Shown here piece after piece: positions 8,757 to 18,863 of a stretch of DNA of 64,000 bases. The DNA comes from Bacteroidales bacterium (GTDB lineage Bacteria; Bacteroidota; Bacteroidia; Bacteroidales; UBA11471), in assembly GCA_045606385.1 (NCBI GenBank), contig JAZURX010000068.1, positions 7,659-71,658 on the forward strand, given 5' to 3'. Position 1 is the stretch's first letter. Every line of letters starts with the position of its first letter. The notes below the pieces were generated by a model, which was given only the letters and a program-made list of their open reading frames with translations, was not told the DNA's origin and did no database searches. The position numbers and the translations under genes were made by a program.

Positions 8757-10394
8757 ATGCAACCCACAAATTTCTCCCTCATAGCCAAAACTTTTCAAGG
8801 ACTCGAAGAGGTCTTGGCTAACGAAATCTCCACACTCGGTGGTGAAAATATAGAAATAGGCAAACGAATGGTTTCATTTACAGGCGATAAAGAATTGTTG
8901 TATAAAGTCAATCTTCATTGTCGTACAGCGCTACGTATACTCAAACCCATACATACATTTACAGCCATCGATACCGACGATTTATACGACGAGATAAAAG
9001 CCTTTGAATGGGATCAATACCTCACACCCGATATGACATTTACCATTGACCCAGTTGTATATTCTGACGAATTCAAACACTCAAAATTTGTAACATATCG
9101 GGCCAAAGATGCCATCGCCGACTATTTCCGCGAAAAATATGACAAACGCCCCTCTGTACGATTATCAGGAGCCGACATATTCATAAATCTGCATATCAAT
9201 GGCACAACATGCACCTTGTCACTCGATAGCTCAGGAGAGTCACTCCATAAACGGGGTTACCGCGTAGCACAGACAGAGGCTCCCCTCAATGAGGTTCTTG
9301 CAGCAGGCTTACTCCTACTCGCAGGCTGGGATGGGACAAAAGATCTTTATGATCCCATGTGTGGCTCGGGAACGCTACTCATTGAAGCAGCCCTCATAGC
9401 CACAGGAACACCTGCCGGTATATACCGCACGGATTTTGCATTCAAACATTGGAACGACTACGACGAAGAGCTATTCGAGACCTTATACAACGACGAGAGC
9501 TACGAACGTCCCTTCTATCACAAAATACATGGTAGCGACATATCACCACGCGCCATAGAAATTGCTACCGAGAACATTAAGAACGCAGGCATGAGCCGCT
9601 ACATTGATATTGCAGTAAAACCTATACAACAGTACACCGAAGGAGAAATCCCGACAGGAGGGCTGCTTGTAACCAATCCTCCATACGGAGAACGCATCAC
9701 AAGCGACGACCTTATGGGGCTATACGAAATGATTGGTAAACAATTGAAATTTGTATTCAAAGGTTTTGATGCTTGGGTCATCAGCTATCGCAACGAATGT
9801 TTCGACCACATAGGACTGAAATCAGCTGCTCGTATAGCCATGATGAACGGCTCTCTCAACTGTGAATATCGCAAATATGAAATATTCGACGGAAAATACA
9901 GCGACTTCAAGCGTGATACAGGAGGTTTCAAGCGTGAAGAGAAAACCGAAAAAACCTCTTTCAAACGCAAAGACTTAGGTGAAACCGCTCGTAAAAATCA
10001 GGGCGAAAGAAAAGCCTTTGATGGTCGTAAATCACACGAAGAAAGAGAGACTCGTGGTAATCACAACCTAAGCCAACGTCAAAATAGAAAAGAGAATGAC
10101 AGAGATACATTCAGTCGCAACGGTATATCATCGAGAACAACAAATTTTCGTGATAAAGAAAGAGAGCGCAAAACATCTAAAGAGGAAATCATTGCCAATA
10201 ATCAACAATTTACGGCCGCATACGACCTCGACGACGAAATAAAGCTCTCGCGCTATCGTCGTTTCAGGCTGCATGGCGATGAAGCCGTAAAAACCTATGT
10301 CAAAGGTCGCCAGCCCTCTATCGGCACAGAGAAAAAGGCGAAAGACAAAAAATCAAAAACGACATCACCTCGCAACAAAAGAGCCAAAAAATAA
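8757..10394 (+). CDS. THUMP domain-containing class I SAM-dependent RNA methyltransferase with long basic C-terminal tail
   Basis: THUMP-like N-terminal region, SAM-binding DPMCGSGT and catalytic NPPYGERI. The last roughly 165 aa are a K/R/E-rich low-complexity tail. Confidence 0.85.
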   Translation: MQPTNFSLIAKTFQGLEEVLANEISTLGGENIEIGKRMVSFTGDKELLYKVNLHCRTALRILKPIHTFTAIDTDDLYDEIKAFEWDQYLTPDMTFTIDPVVYSDEFKHSKFVTYRAKDAIADYFREKYDKRPSVRLSGADIFINLHINGTTCTLSLDSSGESLHKRGYRVAQTEAPLNEVLAAGLLLLAGWDGTKDLYDPMCGSGTLLIEAALIATGTPAGIYRTDFAFKHWNDYDEELFETLYNDESYERPFYHKIHGSDISPRAIEIATENIKNAGMSRYIDIAVKPIQQYTEGEIPTGGLLVTNPPYGERITSDDLMGLYEMIGKQLKFVFKGFDAWVISYRNECFDHIGLKSAARIAMMNGSLNCEYRKYEIFDGKYSDFKRDTGGFKREEKTEKTSFKRKDLGETARKNQGERKAFDGRKSHEERETRGNHNLSQRQNRKENDRDTFSRNGISSRTTNFRDKERERKTSKEEIIANNQQFTAAYDLDDEIKLSRYRRFRLHGDEAVKTYVKGRQPSIGTEKKAKDKKSKTTSPRNKRAKK

Positions 10395-10400
10395 TTTACA

Positions 10401-12551
10401 ATGAAACGTATCCTTTTACTGCTGACACTCATTACCACCATGACAGCCGTAGCAAAAGAAAAGTCACTGACTGCCCACGATGTAATCCCCGGCGGCAAGA
10501 ACTACGCTAAATTTACACCGAAATCGTTACGCCAACTTACAATGGCCGGAGACACATACATCTACCGTCAAGGCGACACATTGTTGGCGACACGTCCGGG
10601 CAGTGAAAAACACGCGATATGGGTCACAAAAGATATACTCAATACCGCCATTGAAAAAGCCGGTATGAAACCCATTAAAACCTTGCCCTCATTCACAATA
10701 GAAGAGAGCGACGGCATTGTAAGACTATCTTTCTGGGCTCAATCGGGAATGAACCTTTATAACCCCGTTTCAAACGAAATAGAACACCGTTTCCTTACAG
10801 AGAAAGGCGATGGGGATTTTGCATATGAGCCCCAACAAAAACGACTCGCCGCAACCCATAATCGCGACCTCATTATAATCGATAGTAACGGAGCACGCAC
10901 CATAGTTGCCCACGAAGATAACGATCAGATATGCTTCGGAGCATCAGACGTGCATCGCAACGAATTCGGTATACACGAGGGCATATTTTGGTCGCCTAAG
11001 GGTAATGCCGTAGCATTCTACCGTATGGACGAAAGCAAAGTAACCGACTATCCTCTTGTAGATATTTCGGCACGCACCGCAGCCCTTCAAAGCGACAAAT
11101 ACCCCATGGCCGGAATGGATAGTCACGAAGTAAAAGTAGGTGTTTTCCATATTGAATCAGGTAATACCGTATACCTGCGCACACCCGGAGCCAAAGATCA
11201 ATACCTCACCAATATTGCATGGTCGCCCGACGAAAAACACATATATCTGCAACGTCTCAACCGCGCACAAGACACTTGCTACAATGAGGTGTACGATGCC
11301 TTCACCGGGAAATTGATAAAAGAACTTTTTGTCGAGACCTCGGATAAATATTTCGAGCCGCAACATCCGGTATTTTTCCTTCCCGGCCACGACGATAAAT
11401 TCATACATTTTACTCGTCGCAACGGTTATCATCACCTCTACCTCTACAACACCGACGGCAAACTGCTGAAACAACTTACCGATGGGAAATGGGAAGTTCT
11501 GTCGGCACAACCCTCCCCCGATGGGAAACACATATTCATCACCTCAACCGAAGCCTCACCTCTCGAAGTAAACCTGTATAAAGTCTCTATATCGACTGGA
11601 AAACGCACTCGTCTCACACCGCAACCCGGTGTACACAACATACAAATAAGTCGGTCGGGGCGATACATTCTCGATGTGTACAGCAACAATGAAACTCCAA
11701 GGGTTGCTCAACTTATTCGCACCTCTACCGGCAAATTGCAAACACTGCATACCGCTACCAACCCTTACAAAGGTTACGCTGTACCTTCAGTTATAAGTGG
11801 TTCTATGAAAGCAGCCGATGGGATTACCGATCTCTATTATCGTGTGACACGCCCGCCACACTTCGACCCTACTAAAAAATATCCCGTCATCGTATATGTA
11901 TATGGAGGCCCTCATGCCCAAATGGTAACCAACCGATGGATGTGGGGGGCATCGGGAAATGACTTACTGATGGCTACACGCGGATACGTAGTGTTTACCA
12001 TCGACAACCGAGGCTCCGCCAATCGCGGTCTTCCATTTGAATCGGTTATATATCGGAATCTCGGTGTCAACGAAATGGCAGACCAAATGTGTGGCGTGAA
12101 ATGGTTAAAAAATCAGCCCTGGTGCGACACCGAACGTATCGGCGTACATGGTTGGAGTTACGGAGGCTTTATGACCACCAATCTCATGCTAAATCATGGC
12201 GACATATTCAAAGTGGGTGTAGCCGGTGGTGCTGTTATCGATTGGAAATATTACGAAGTAATGTATGGTGAACGCTACATGGACACTCCACAAGAGAACC
12301 CCGAAGGCTATAAAAACAGTAATCTATGCGAAAAAGCCGGAAATCTGCAAGGCAATCTCATGCTTGTGCATTGTGATACCGACCCGGTAGTTGTATGGCA
12401 GCACACGCTTTCATTCCTCAAAAGTTGCATTAAAGCCGGCACATACCCCGACTATTTCGTATACCCGGGACACGGACACAATGTCATAGGCCTAGAACGG
12501 GTACACCTCTATGAAAAAATTGTACGATACTTCGACGACTACTTGAAATAA
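10401..12551 (+). CDS. S9 family peptidase, dipeptidyl-peptidase IV-like
   Basis: Signal peptide, propeller-type N-terminal domain, and an alpha/beta-hydrolase domain with the GWSYGGF nucleophile elbow. Confidence 0.9.
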   Translation: MKRILLLLTLITTMTAVAKEKSLTAHDVIPGGKNYAKFTPKSLRQLTMAGDTYIYRQGDTLLATRPGSEKHAIWVTKDILNTAIEKAGMKPIKTLPSFTIEESDGIVRLSFWAQSGMNLYNPVSNEIEHRFLTEKGDGDFAYEPQQKRLAATHNRDLIIIDSNGARTIVAHEDNDQICFGASDVHRNEFGIHEGIFWSPKGNAVAFYRMDESKVTDYPLVDISARTAALQSDKYPMAGMDSHEVKVGVFHIESGNTVYLRTPGAKDQYLTNIAWSPDEKHIYLQRLNRAQDTCYNEVYDAFTGKLIKELFVETSDKYFEPQHPVFFLPGHDDKFIHFTRRNGYHHLYLYNTDGKLLKQLTDGKWEVLSAQPSPDGKHIFITSTEASPLEVNLYKVSISTGKRTRLTPQPGVHNIQISRSGRYILDVYSNNETPRVAQLIRTSTGKLQTLHTATNPYKGYAVPSVISGSMKAADGITDLYYRVTRPPHFDPTKKYPVIVYVYGGPHAQMVTNRWMWGASGNDLLMATRGYVVFTIDNRGSANRGLPFESVIYRNLGVNEMADQMCGVKWLKNQPWCDTERIGVHGWSYGGFMTTNLMLNHGDIFKVGVAGGAVIDWKYYEVMYGERYMDTPQENPEGYKNSNLCEKAGNLQGNLMLVHCDTDPVVVWQHTLSFLKSCIKAGTYPDYFVYPGHGHNVIGLERVHLYEKIVRYFDDYLK

Positions 12552-12571
12552 TCAAAAAAAACAATTATACT

Positions 12572-13840
12572 ATGAATATTCTGTTATTAGGTTCAGGCGG
12601 ACGCGAAAACGCCTTGGCATGGAAAATAAGTCAAAGCCCCAAAGTAAATAAGCTATACATCGCTCCGGGTAATGCTGGAACCGGCCTTGTAGGGAGTAAT
12701 GTTGCCATTTCGGCTACGGATTTCGAAGCCATTCGCGAATTTGTTCTCAGCCATGACATAAATATGGTGGTAGTAGGCCCCGAAGATCCTTTAGTAAAAG
12801 GAGTGTACGACTACTTCAAAAATGATAATCTCCTCTGTAACATACCGGTAATCGGCCCATCGGCCGAAGGTGCCCGTCTCGAAGGCAGCAAAGATTTTGC
12901 TAAAGCGTTCATGATGCGACACAACATACCCACGGCACGATACGCAAGTTTTACTGCCGACACCATCGACGAAGCCTATAAATTTCTCGAAACTCTCGAA
13001 GCTCCATATGTACTCAAAGCCGACGGGCTTGCAGCCGGAAAGGGCGTACTTATACTTCCCTCCCTCGATGAAGCAAAAGCCGAATTGAAAGAGATGCTTT
13101 CGGGTATGTTTGGCGATGCAAGTCGCACAGTCGTCATCGAAGAGTTCCTCTCGGGTATCGAATGTTCGGTCTTTGTTCTTACCGACGGAAACAGTTATAA
13201 AATACTGCCCGAAGCCAAAGACTATAAACGTATAGGGGAAGGCGATACCGGACTAAATACAGGCGGTATGGGAGCAGTTTCACCTGTACCTTTTGCCGAT
13301 GATACATTTATGCAAAAGGTAGAAGATCGCATCGTGATACCCACTGTCAACGGGCTCAAAGCCGAAGGCATCGACTACAAAGGATTTATATTCTTAGGTC
13401 TTATCAAAGTGAAAGGCGAGCCGATGGTCATCGAATACAATGTACGTATGGGCGACCCCGAAACCGAGGTTGTCATGCTACGTATAAAGAGCGACCTCGT
13501 GGAACTGCTCGAAGGTGTGGCACAAGGGAACTTGTGTGACCGCACACTCGAAGTCGATGAGCGTGCAGCCGTTACCGTAATGCTCGTATCGGGCGGATAC
13601 CCAGGAAATTACGGAAAAGGCAAAGTCATTTCAGGGCTTGACGACGTTACCGATAGTATTGTATTTCACGCCGGCACTGCCGAAAAAGAGGGACAAGTTG
13701 TAACCAATGGCGGTCGTGTCATTGCAGTAAGTTCTTACGGAACAGACAAAACTGACGCACTTGCCTGCTCTTTTGCAAATGCATCGAAAATCAATTTCGA
13801 AAAGAAATACTTCCGCTCTGATATAGGTTTTGACCTATAA
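12572..13840 (+). CDS. purD: Phosphoribosylamine-glycine ligase
   Basis: [22 protein letters not shown] and [10 protein letters not shown] motifs of GARS (ATP-grasp fold). Confidence 0.95.
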   Translation: MNILLLGSGGRENALAWKISQSPKVNKLYIAPGNAGTGLVGSNVAISATDFEAIREFVLSHDINMVVVGPEDPLVKGVYDYFKNDNLLCNIPVIGPSAEGARLEGSKDFAKAFMMRHNIPTARYASFTADTIDEAYKFLETLEAPYVLKADGLAAGKGVLILPSLDEAKAELKEMLSGMFGDASRTVVIEEFLSGIECSVFVLTDGNSYKILPEAKDYKRIGEGDTGLNTGGMGAVSPVPFADDTFMQKVEDRIVIPTVNGLKAEGIDYKGFIFLGLIKVKGEPMVIEYNVRMGDPETEVVMLRIKSDLVELLEGVAQGNLCDRTLEVDERAAVTVMLVSGGYPGNYGKGKVISGLDDVTDSIVFHAGTAEKEGQVVTNGGRVIAVSSYGTDKTDALACSFANASKINFEKKYFRSDIGFDL

Positions 13841-13900
13841 ATAATCTGTTCTCATCAGATTAAGAATCTCGTTTCCTAACAGTTGCCGACAAGCGACACT

Positions 13901-14890
13901 ATGATATCAAAATATTCCGTATCGATAATCGCCGACAATAAAGCGGTCAACCTCTGTATATGGGGTATCGCCTTATTGTCGGCTGTCATTGCTTATATAT
14001 TTTATATCCCCGACAATAGTATCTTACATTTTACGATAGAGGATAACAACCATTACAAATGGCTTGTCGCTTGTATAAACACAACTGCTATTGCACTCAG
14101 TTGTTTCATGCTTGCACGTATCAATCAAGTACATGCTATCATGCAACAACGCACTCAACTCCCTATAACCCTTTTTTTAGTACTCAATTGTTTCAATCCC
14201 GAACTCATAGCCAATTTCAATTCGGGACTAATCCTCACACCGATATGGTTGCTTATGCTATATCGGATTTACGGAACATATCAAAGCGAAGGGCAATACG
14301 TAGCATTCGGTATAGGTTTTTTATCGATGGCAGGAGCCATTTTATTTCCCCCATTTATATTTTCGGCATTGCTTTTCACCGCAGGTACAGCATACATGCG
14401 CTCTATTAATTGGCGTACGATTGCAGCATGCATCATAGGTATAGTCACCATTGCATGGATCATTTTTTGCGCTTGTACATTGACCGGGTACTCCATGCCA
14501 TACGATATACGGTTGATAGACCCAAACTCGTTCGAAATACAACACGAAAATATCGACTACCGCGATATAATAATCTTTATAATCACAACGGTCATTGCAT
14601 TGTTTACAGCCATCGGAGGAACATACTTTATATCAAGGCATAAAATAAGAATATGGCTTTGCAATCGTTTTACCGTATTGCTTACCATCTGCCTCATATT
14701 ATTAATAGTTACTGATATTGACCATATCAATAACTATTTACCACTTCTCAACGTAACAACTTCAATCGCAGCCTCGAATTATTTTCTTCATACCGTACGC
14801 AAACGCTACGCACTATGGATACTATGTGCCGTAATACTTACATACATTACTTTATATCTATGGAAATTTTGGGAGATTTGGGGTATTTAG
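13901..14890 (+). CDS. Hypothetical polytopic membrane protein
   Basis: About 9 hydrophobic segments and no recognisable catalytic motif. The listed ORF begins at a TTG (13883); the first ATG is at 13901. Confidence 0.6.
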   Translation: MISKYSVSIIADNKAVNLCIWGIALLSAVIAYIFYIPDNSILHFTIEDNNHYKWLVACINTTAIALSCFMLARINQVHAIMQQRTQLPITLFLVLNCFNPELIANFNSGLILTPIWLLMLYRIYGTYQSEGQYVAFGIGFLSMAGAILFPPFIFSALLFTAGTAYMRSINWRTIAACIIGIVTIAWIIFCACTLTGYSMPYDIRLIDPNSFEIQHENIDYRDIIIFIITTVIALFTAIGGTYFISRHKIRIWLCNRFTVLLTICLILLIVTDIDHINNYLPLLNVTTSIAASNYFLHTVRKRYALWILCAVILTYITLYLWKFWEIWGI

Positions 14891-15303
14891 GGCTATTTAT
14901 CGCCTCATTTCTCGCCGGAAGCGTATTACCATTTGCGTCAGAAGCTTTGTTAGGCGTAATGTCGGCATCATCTTTATTTAATATGTGGTTGTGCCTGATT
15001 ATCGCCACAGCAGGAAACACTTTAGGAGGGACCACATGTTACTATATCGGGCGCATGGGGAAAATGGTATGGATAGAAAAATTTCTCCGCATACCACAAA
15101 ATAAACTATCAAAAGCACAACAATTTCTACAAGGCAAAGGATCCTTGTGCGGTTTCTTCGCATTCCTACCATTTGTGGGTGATGCCATCATCGTAGCACT
15201 CGGCCTGATGCGAGCCAATGTATGGGGTGTAAACCTCTCCATGCTCATAGGGAAATTTTTACGCTACTATCTTATCGTCAAGGGTGTAGAACTTACTTTC
15301 TGA
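14860..15303 (+). CDS. YqaA/DedA-type membrane protein
   Basis: GYLGLFIASFLAGSVLPFASEALL N-terminus is typical of the YqaA family. The ATG at 14860 overlaps the end of the upstream gene; the listed ORF start at 14815 is less plausible. Confidence 0.75.
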   Translation: MEILGDLGYLGLFIASFLAGSVLPFASEALLGVMSASSLFNMWLCLIIATAGNTLGGTTCYYIGRMGKMVWIEKFLRIPQNKLSKAQQFLQGKGSLCGFFAFLPFVGDAIIVALGLMRANVWGVNLSMLIGKFLRYYLIVKGVELTF

Positions 15304-15457
15304 TCTCTACAAAATAATACAGAAAGTATTACATACCCAAAATACGTCTCCAAACCGCTAAAACGGTGCATATTCATATAAACCCGTCTACTACCATTCT
15401 CACAAATACATTACTGCACGACAAAATCGAAGTCGTACAAAAACAAAATACGATGTA

Positions 15458-15493
15458 CAAGCAACTTAATCTTTCTCCGCGCTCGCAATAATT
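15458..15493 (+). repeat. Intergenic repeat, degenerate copy E
   Basis: caagcaacttaatctttctccgcgctcgcaataatt aligns with caagcaggcttgacatttctcgctcgtttattatt of copy B. There is no -7 box and no downstream gene (convergent intergenic region). Confidence 0.5.
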
Positions 15494-15619
15494 AGGCAAA
15501 CATACGCAACTTACAATGATAAATACAAACATTACAAAAAACTATATCGGAGAACCATACCCTGTGGTTTGCATGAAAGATATACCGTAAAACATATATA
15601 AACAAAGAGTATTTTTTAT

Positions 15620-15664
15620 TTTCAAAACAAAAGAAACGCCGCCGAGCAATAGCTCGGCGGCGTT
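15620..15664 (-). terminator. Rho-independent terminator after secDF
   Basis: 13-bp GC-rich stem aacgccgccgagc / gctcggcggcgtt with loop aata. It is followed on the minus strand by a T-rich tract. Confidence 0.85.
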
Positions 15665-15688
15665 GTACTTATCAAATATCAATCGATA

Positions 15689-18604
15689 TTAGGCGTCTGC
15701 TTTTGCAATTTTCTTTTTCATCATTTCGTATGCAGTGGGTACGGCAACGAAGAGAGTAGAGAAAGTACCGCAAATTACACCGAGCAACATGGCAAAGGTA
15801 AAGCTACGAATAGTATCACCACCCAAGATAAAGATACAGAGCAATACAAGAATTGTACTCAACGAAGTGCTAAGAGTACGTGCAAGAGTGCTATTGAGAG
15901 CATCGTTGATAACTATACCACGGTCACGTTTTGGATAGAGACCTATTACCTCGCGTACGCGGTCAAATACTACCACTTTATCGTTTACGGAGTAACCGAT
16001 AACGGTAAGAATAGCAGCAATGAATGCTTGGTCTATCTCCATAGAGAATGGTAAAATACCATGGAACCAAGAATAGAACGAAATAATAAGTGTGGTATCA
16101 AATACCAAAGCCAACAATGTACCGATACTGAAAGCAAAGTCGCGGAAACGGAGCAAGATGTAGAGAGCAATGGCAATAAGCGAGAAGAATACCGCCCAAA
16201 TAGCACCTATAGTAATATCTTGGGCAATAGCGGGACCTACTTTCTGTGTACTCATCACATTTTCGGTTTCGAAAGCCACTTGTGATTTACCACCTACTTC
16301 ATCTTTCAACGACACATATATTTTATCTACAATTTCTTGATCGATAGACTCGTCAGCCTCAGCTATACGATAGTTTGTAGAGATACGTACTTGGTTATCG
16401 CCACCGATGGTAATTACACTGGGAGTAGCACCTTCAAATTGGGGTGCAAGGAGTGATGCAATATGCTGTGTGCTTACCGGCTTATCGAAACGAACAATAT
16501 AGTTGCGTCCACCTGTAAAATCAATACCCTGGCTTATACCACGAAGACCTAACGAAACGCCACCGGCAATCACCAAAATAACACATACAATGTACCCTTT
16601 TTTGCGAGCACCGAGGAAATTGATTTCGGGATTAACCAGCAAGTTGCGAGTCATCGGAGTGGTGAAAGTAAGTTTCTTGAACCAATTCTTTTCGATTCCA
16701 CGTTCGTAGAAGAGACGAGTGAGGAACACTGCAGTAAAGAACGAACATACGATACCGATAAGGAGGGTTGTTGCAAAACCTTTGATAGGACCTGTTCCGA
16801 AATAGAACAAGATAATACCGGTAATGATAGAAGTCAAGTTTGAGTCGAAGATAGCAGAGAAAGCATTCTTATAACCATCGGTGATAGCATTTTTGAGACT
16901 CTTACCGGCACGCAATTCTTCTTTCGAACGCTCATAAATAAGCACGTTGGCATCGACAGCCATACCGAGCGAGAGCACCATACCGGCAATACCCGAGAGA
17001 GTAAGCACGGCCTGGAACGATGCCAAAATACCGAGAGTAAAGAAGAAGTTGATAATAAGTGCGCAATTGGCCACCAAACCGGGAACCACACCATATACAC
17101 TTATCATATATATCATAAGGAGAACCAACGCAACGATAAACGAAATTACACCGCTACGAATAGCCTCTTGTCCCAACGAAGGACCGACAATATCTTCTTG
17201 TACGATTTTTACGCTGGCAGCCATTTTACCGGTCTTCAATACATTTGCCAAGTCTTTTGCCTCTTCGGGAGTAAAACCACCTGAAATTTGTGAAGAGCCG
17301 TTAGGGATTTCTGAGTTGACAACAGGGAACGAATAAACATGGTCATCGAGAACCACGGCTACGCAACGACCGATATTTTCACGAGTAAGGAGTGCCCATG
17401 TTTTTGTTCCTTCAGCATTCATCTTCATGCTTACAACAGGTGCATTGGTCAACGGGTCGAAATCTTCGTGAGCATCATTGATAACATCGCCCGAGAGAGC
17501 CGGACGACCACCGGTGCTTGATTTAAGAGCGACCAATTCGTAATATTGTTCTTTGGGATCGATAGCTTTTACAGTCCAAAAGAATTTCACATTCGCGGGC
17601 AACATCTCGCGTACTTGGGGCATTGCCAAGTAAGTATTGATGGTTGCGGTATCGCGATGATGTGCGATACCTACCGCGGGAGTAGCGACTGCTTGTCCGG
17701 TTTGCGAAACATTGGGTTGCAAACGAGAGAAGATGGGATTTTGACGTTTCCACAATTCTACATCAGCACTTTCGCTTTCCAACTCATCGAGTTCTCCTTC
17801 GGTTGCTTCTTTTTCCTCAGCCACAACAGGTTTTCCATTGTTTTCCATACGGGCAATCATATCATTTGCCGATACGAGACGAGAGTAAAGTTCGTTAAGG
17901 TTGTAGGTTTCCCAAAATTCAAGATTTGCACTTCCTTGTAAAAGTTTACGTACACGCTCAGGTTCTTTTACACCGGGGAGTTCCACCAAGATGCGACCAT
18001 CTTTTTCGAGACGTTGTATATTGGGAGAAACCACACCGAAACGGTCGATACGGGTACGCAATACATTGAACGAGTTATCTATGGCACTGTTCAACTCCTC
18101 ACGCAACACATTCAATACATCATCATTCGAAGCCGAAGGTGAAATTTTTTCTTTCAATTGATATGTACTGAAAATCGAAGCCAAACGAATATTGGGATCG
18201 AGTTTTTTGTATTCGCTCATAAATGCAGACAAGAAGTCGGCATTATCGGCTTGGTTTGCCGTAGCTGCAGCCAAAGCCGCATTGAAATGAGCATCGGTAT
18301 TGTTGTTCGACAATGATTTCAACACGTCGGCAACCGAAATTTGAAGTGTAACGTTCATACCGCCTTTGAGGTCAAGACCAAGGCCGATTTCCATTTCGTT
18401 ACATTGTTTCAAGGTGTAATAACCGAGATAAACTTTTTCAGTCGCCATCGAATCGAGATAATTCTTGTAAGCGACAGGGTCTCCATTAGAAATCTCTTCG
18501 GCTTTCTGATTGTAATGACGAGTTACAAACGAGAAAGAGATGTAGAAGAGACACACCAAGGTGAGCAATACTGCTAATACTCTTATAAATCCTTTGTTTT
18601 GCAT
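15689..18604 (-). CDS. secDF: Protein translocase subunit SecDF (fused)
   Basis: 971 aa. Large periplasmic domain plus two RND-like 6-TM bundles, the fused arrangement typical of Bacteroidetes. Confidence 0.95.
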   Translation of the reverse strand: MQNKGFIRVLAVLLTLVCLFYISFSFVTRHYNQKAEEISNGDPVAYKNYLDSMATEKVYLGYYTLKQCNEMEIGLGLDLKGGMNVTLQISVADVLKSLSNNNTDAHFNAALAAATANQADNADFLSAFMSEYKKLDPNIRLASIFSTYQLKEKISPSASNDDVLNVLREELNSAIDNSFNVLRTRIDRFGVVSPNIQRLEKDGRILVELPGVKEPERVRKLLQGSANLEFWETYNLNELYSRLVSANDMIARMENNGKPVVAEEKEATEGELDELESESADVELWKRQNPIFSRLQPNVSQTGQAVATPAVGIAHHRDTATINTYLAMPQVREMLPANVKFFWTVKAIDPKEQYYELVALKSSTGGRPALSGDVINDAHEDFDPLTNAPVVSMKMNAEGTKTWALLTRENIGRCVAVVLDDHVYSFPVVNSEIPNGSSQISGGFTPEEAKDLANVLKTGKMAASVKIVQEDIVGPSLGQEAIRSGVISFIVALVLLMIYMISVYGVVPGLVANCALIINFFFTLGILASFQAVLTLSGIAGMVLSLGMAVDANVLIYERSKEELRAGKSLKNAITDGYKNAFSAIFDSNLTSIITGIILFYFGTGPIKGFATTLLIGIVCSFFTAVFLTRLFYERGIEKNWFKKLTFTTPMTRNLLVNPEINFLGARKKGYIVCVILVIAGGVSLGLRGISQGIDFTGGRNYIVRFDKPVSTQHIASLLAPQFEGATPSVITIGGDNQVRISTNYRIAEADESIDQEIVDKIYVSLKDEVGGKSQVAFETENVMSTQKVGPAIAQDITIGAIWAVFFSLIAIALYILLRFRDFAFSIGTLLALVFDTTLIISFYSWFHGILPFSMEIDQAFIAAILTVIGYSVNDKVVVFDRVREVIGLYPKRDRGIVINDALNSTLARTLSTSLSTILVLLCIFILGGDTIRSFTFAMLLGVICGTFSTLFVAVPTAYEMMKKKIAKADA

Positions 18605-18659
18605 TTTGTTTATGACTTTATGTTTTTGATATTTTTATTATGCAGTTTTTATTAAGGTG

Positions 18660-18667
18660 CAAATATA
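18660..18667 (-). promoter_or_regulatory. -7 promoter box (TAtaTTTG) for secDF
   Basis: The reverse complement of caaatata matches TAnnTTTG, about 56 nt upstream of the secDF start. Confidence 0.5.
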
Positions 18668-18773
18668 TGGCTTTTTTCGGTAACAACGGCAAAAATATGA
18701 TAAATTTGTCATGTTTCGAGGCAAAAGTGAGCCATATTTAGGCAATTGAGGCTCATTTTTTCTATCTTTATCG

Positions 18774-18781
18774 TATCTTTG
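18774..18781 (+). promoter_or_regulatory. -7 promoter box (TAtcTTTG) for the Ig-like lipoprotein gene
   Basis: Exact TATCTTTG, 83 nt upstream of the ATG at 18864. Confidence 0.5.
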
Positions 18782-18863
18782 CCGTGAATAAAGGCGCAAA
18801 ACAAGGACTCAACAGAACTTTTTGCCCGAGATATATGTCTTACTTTTTATAACATACGACGGC

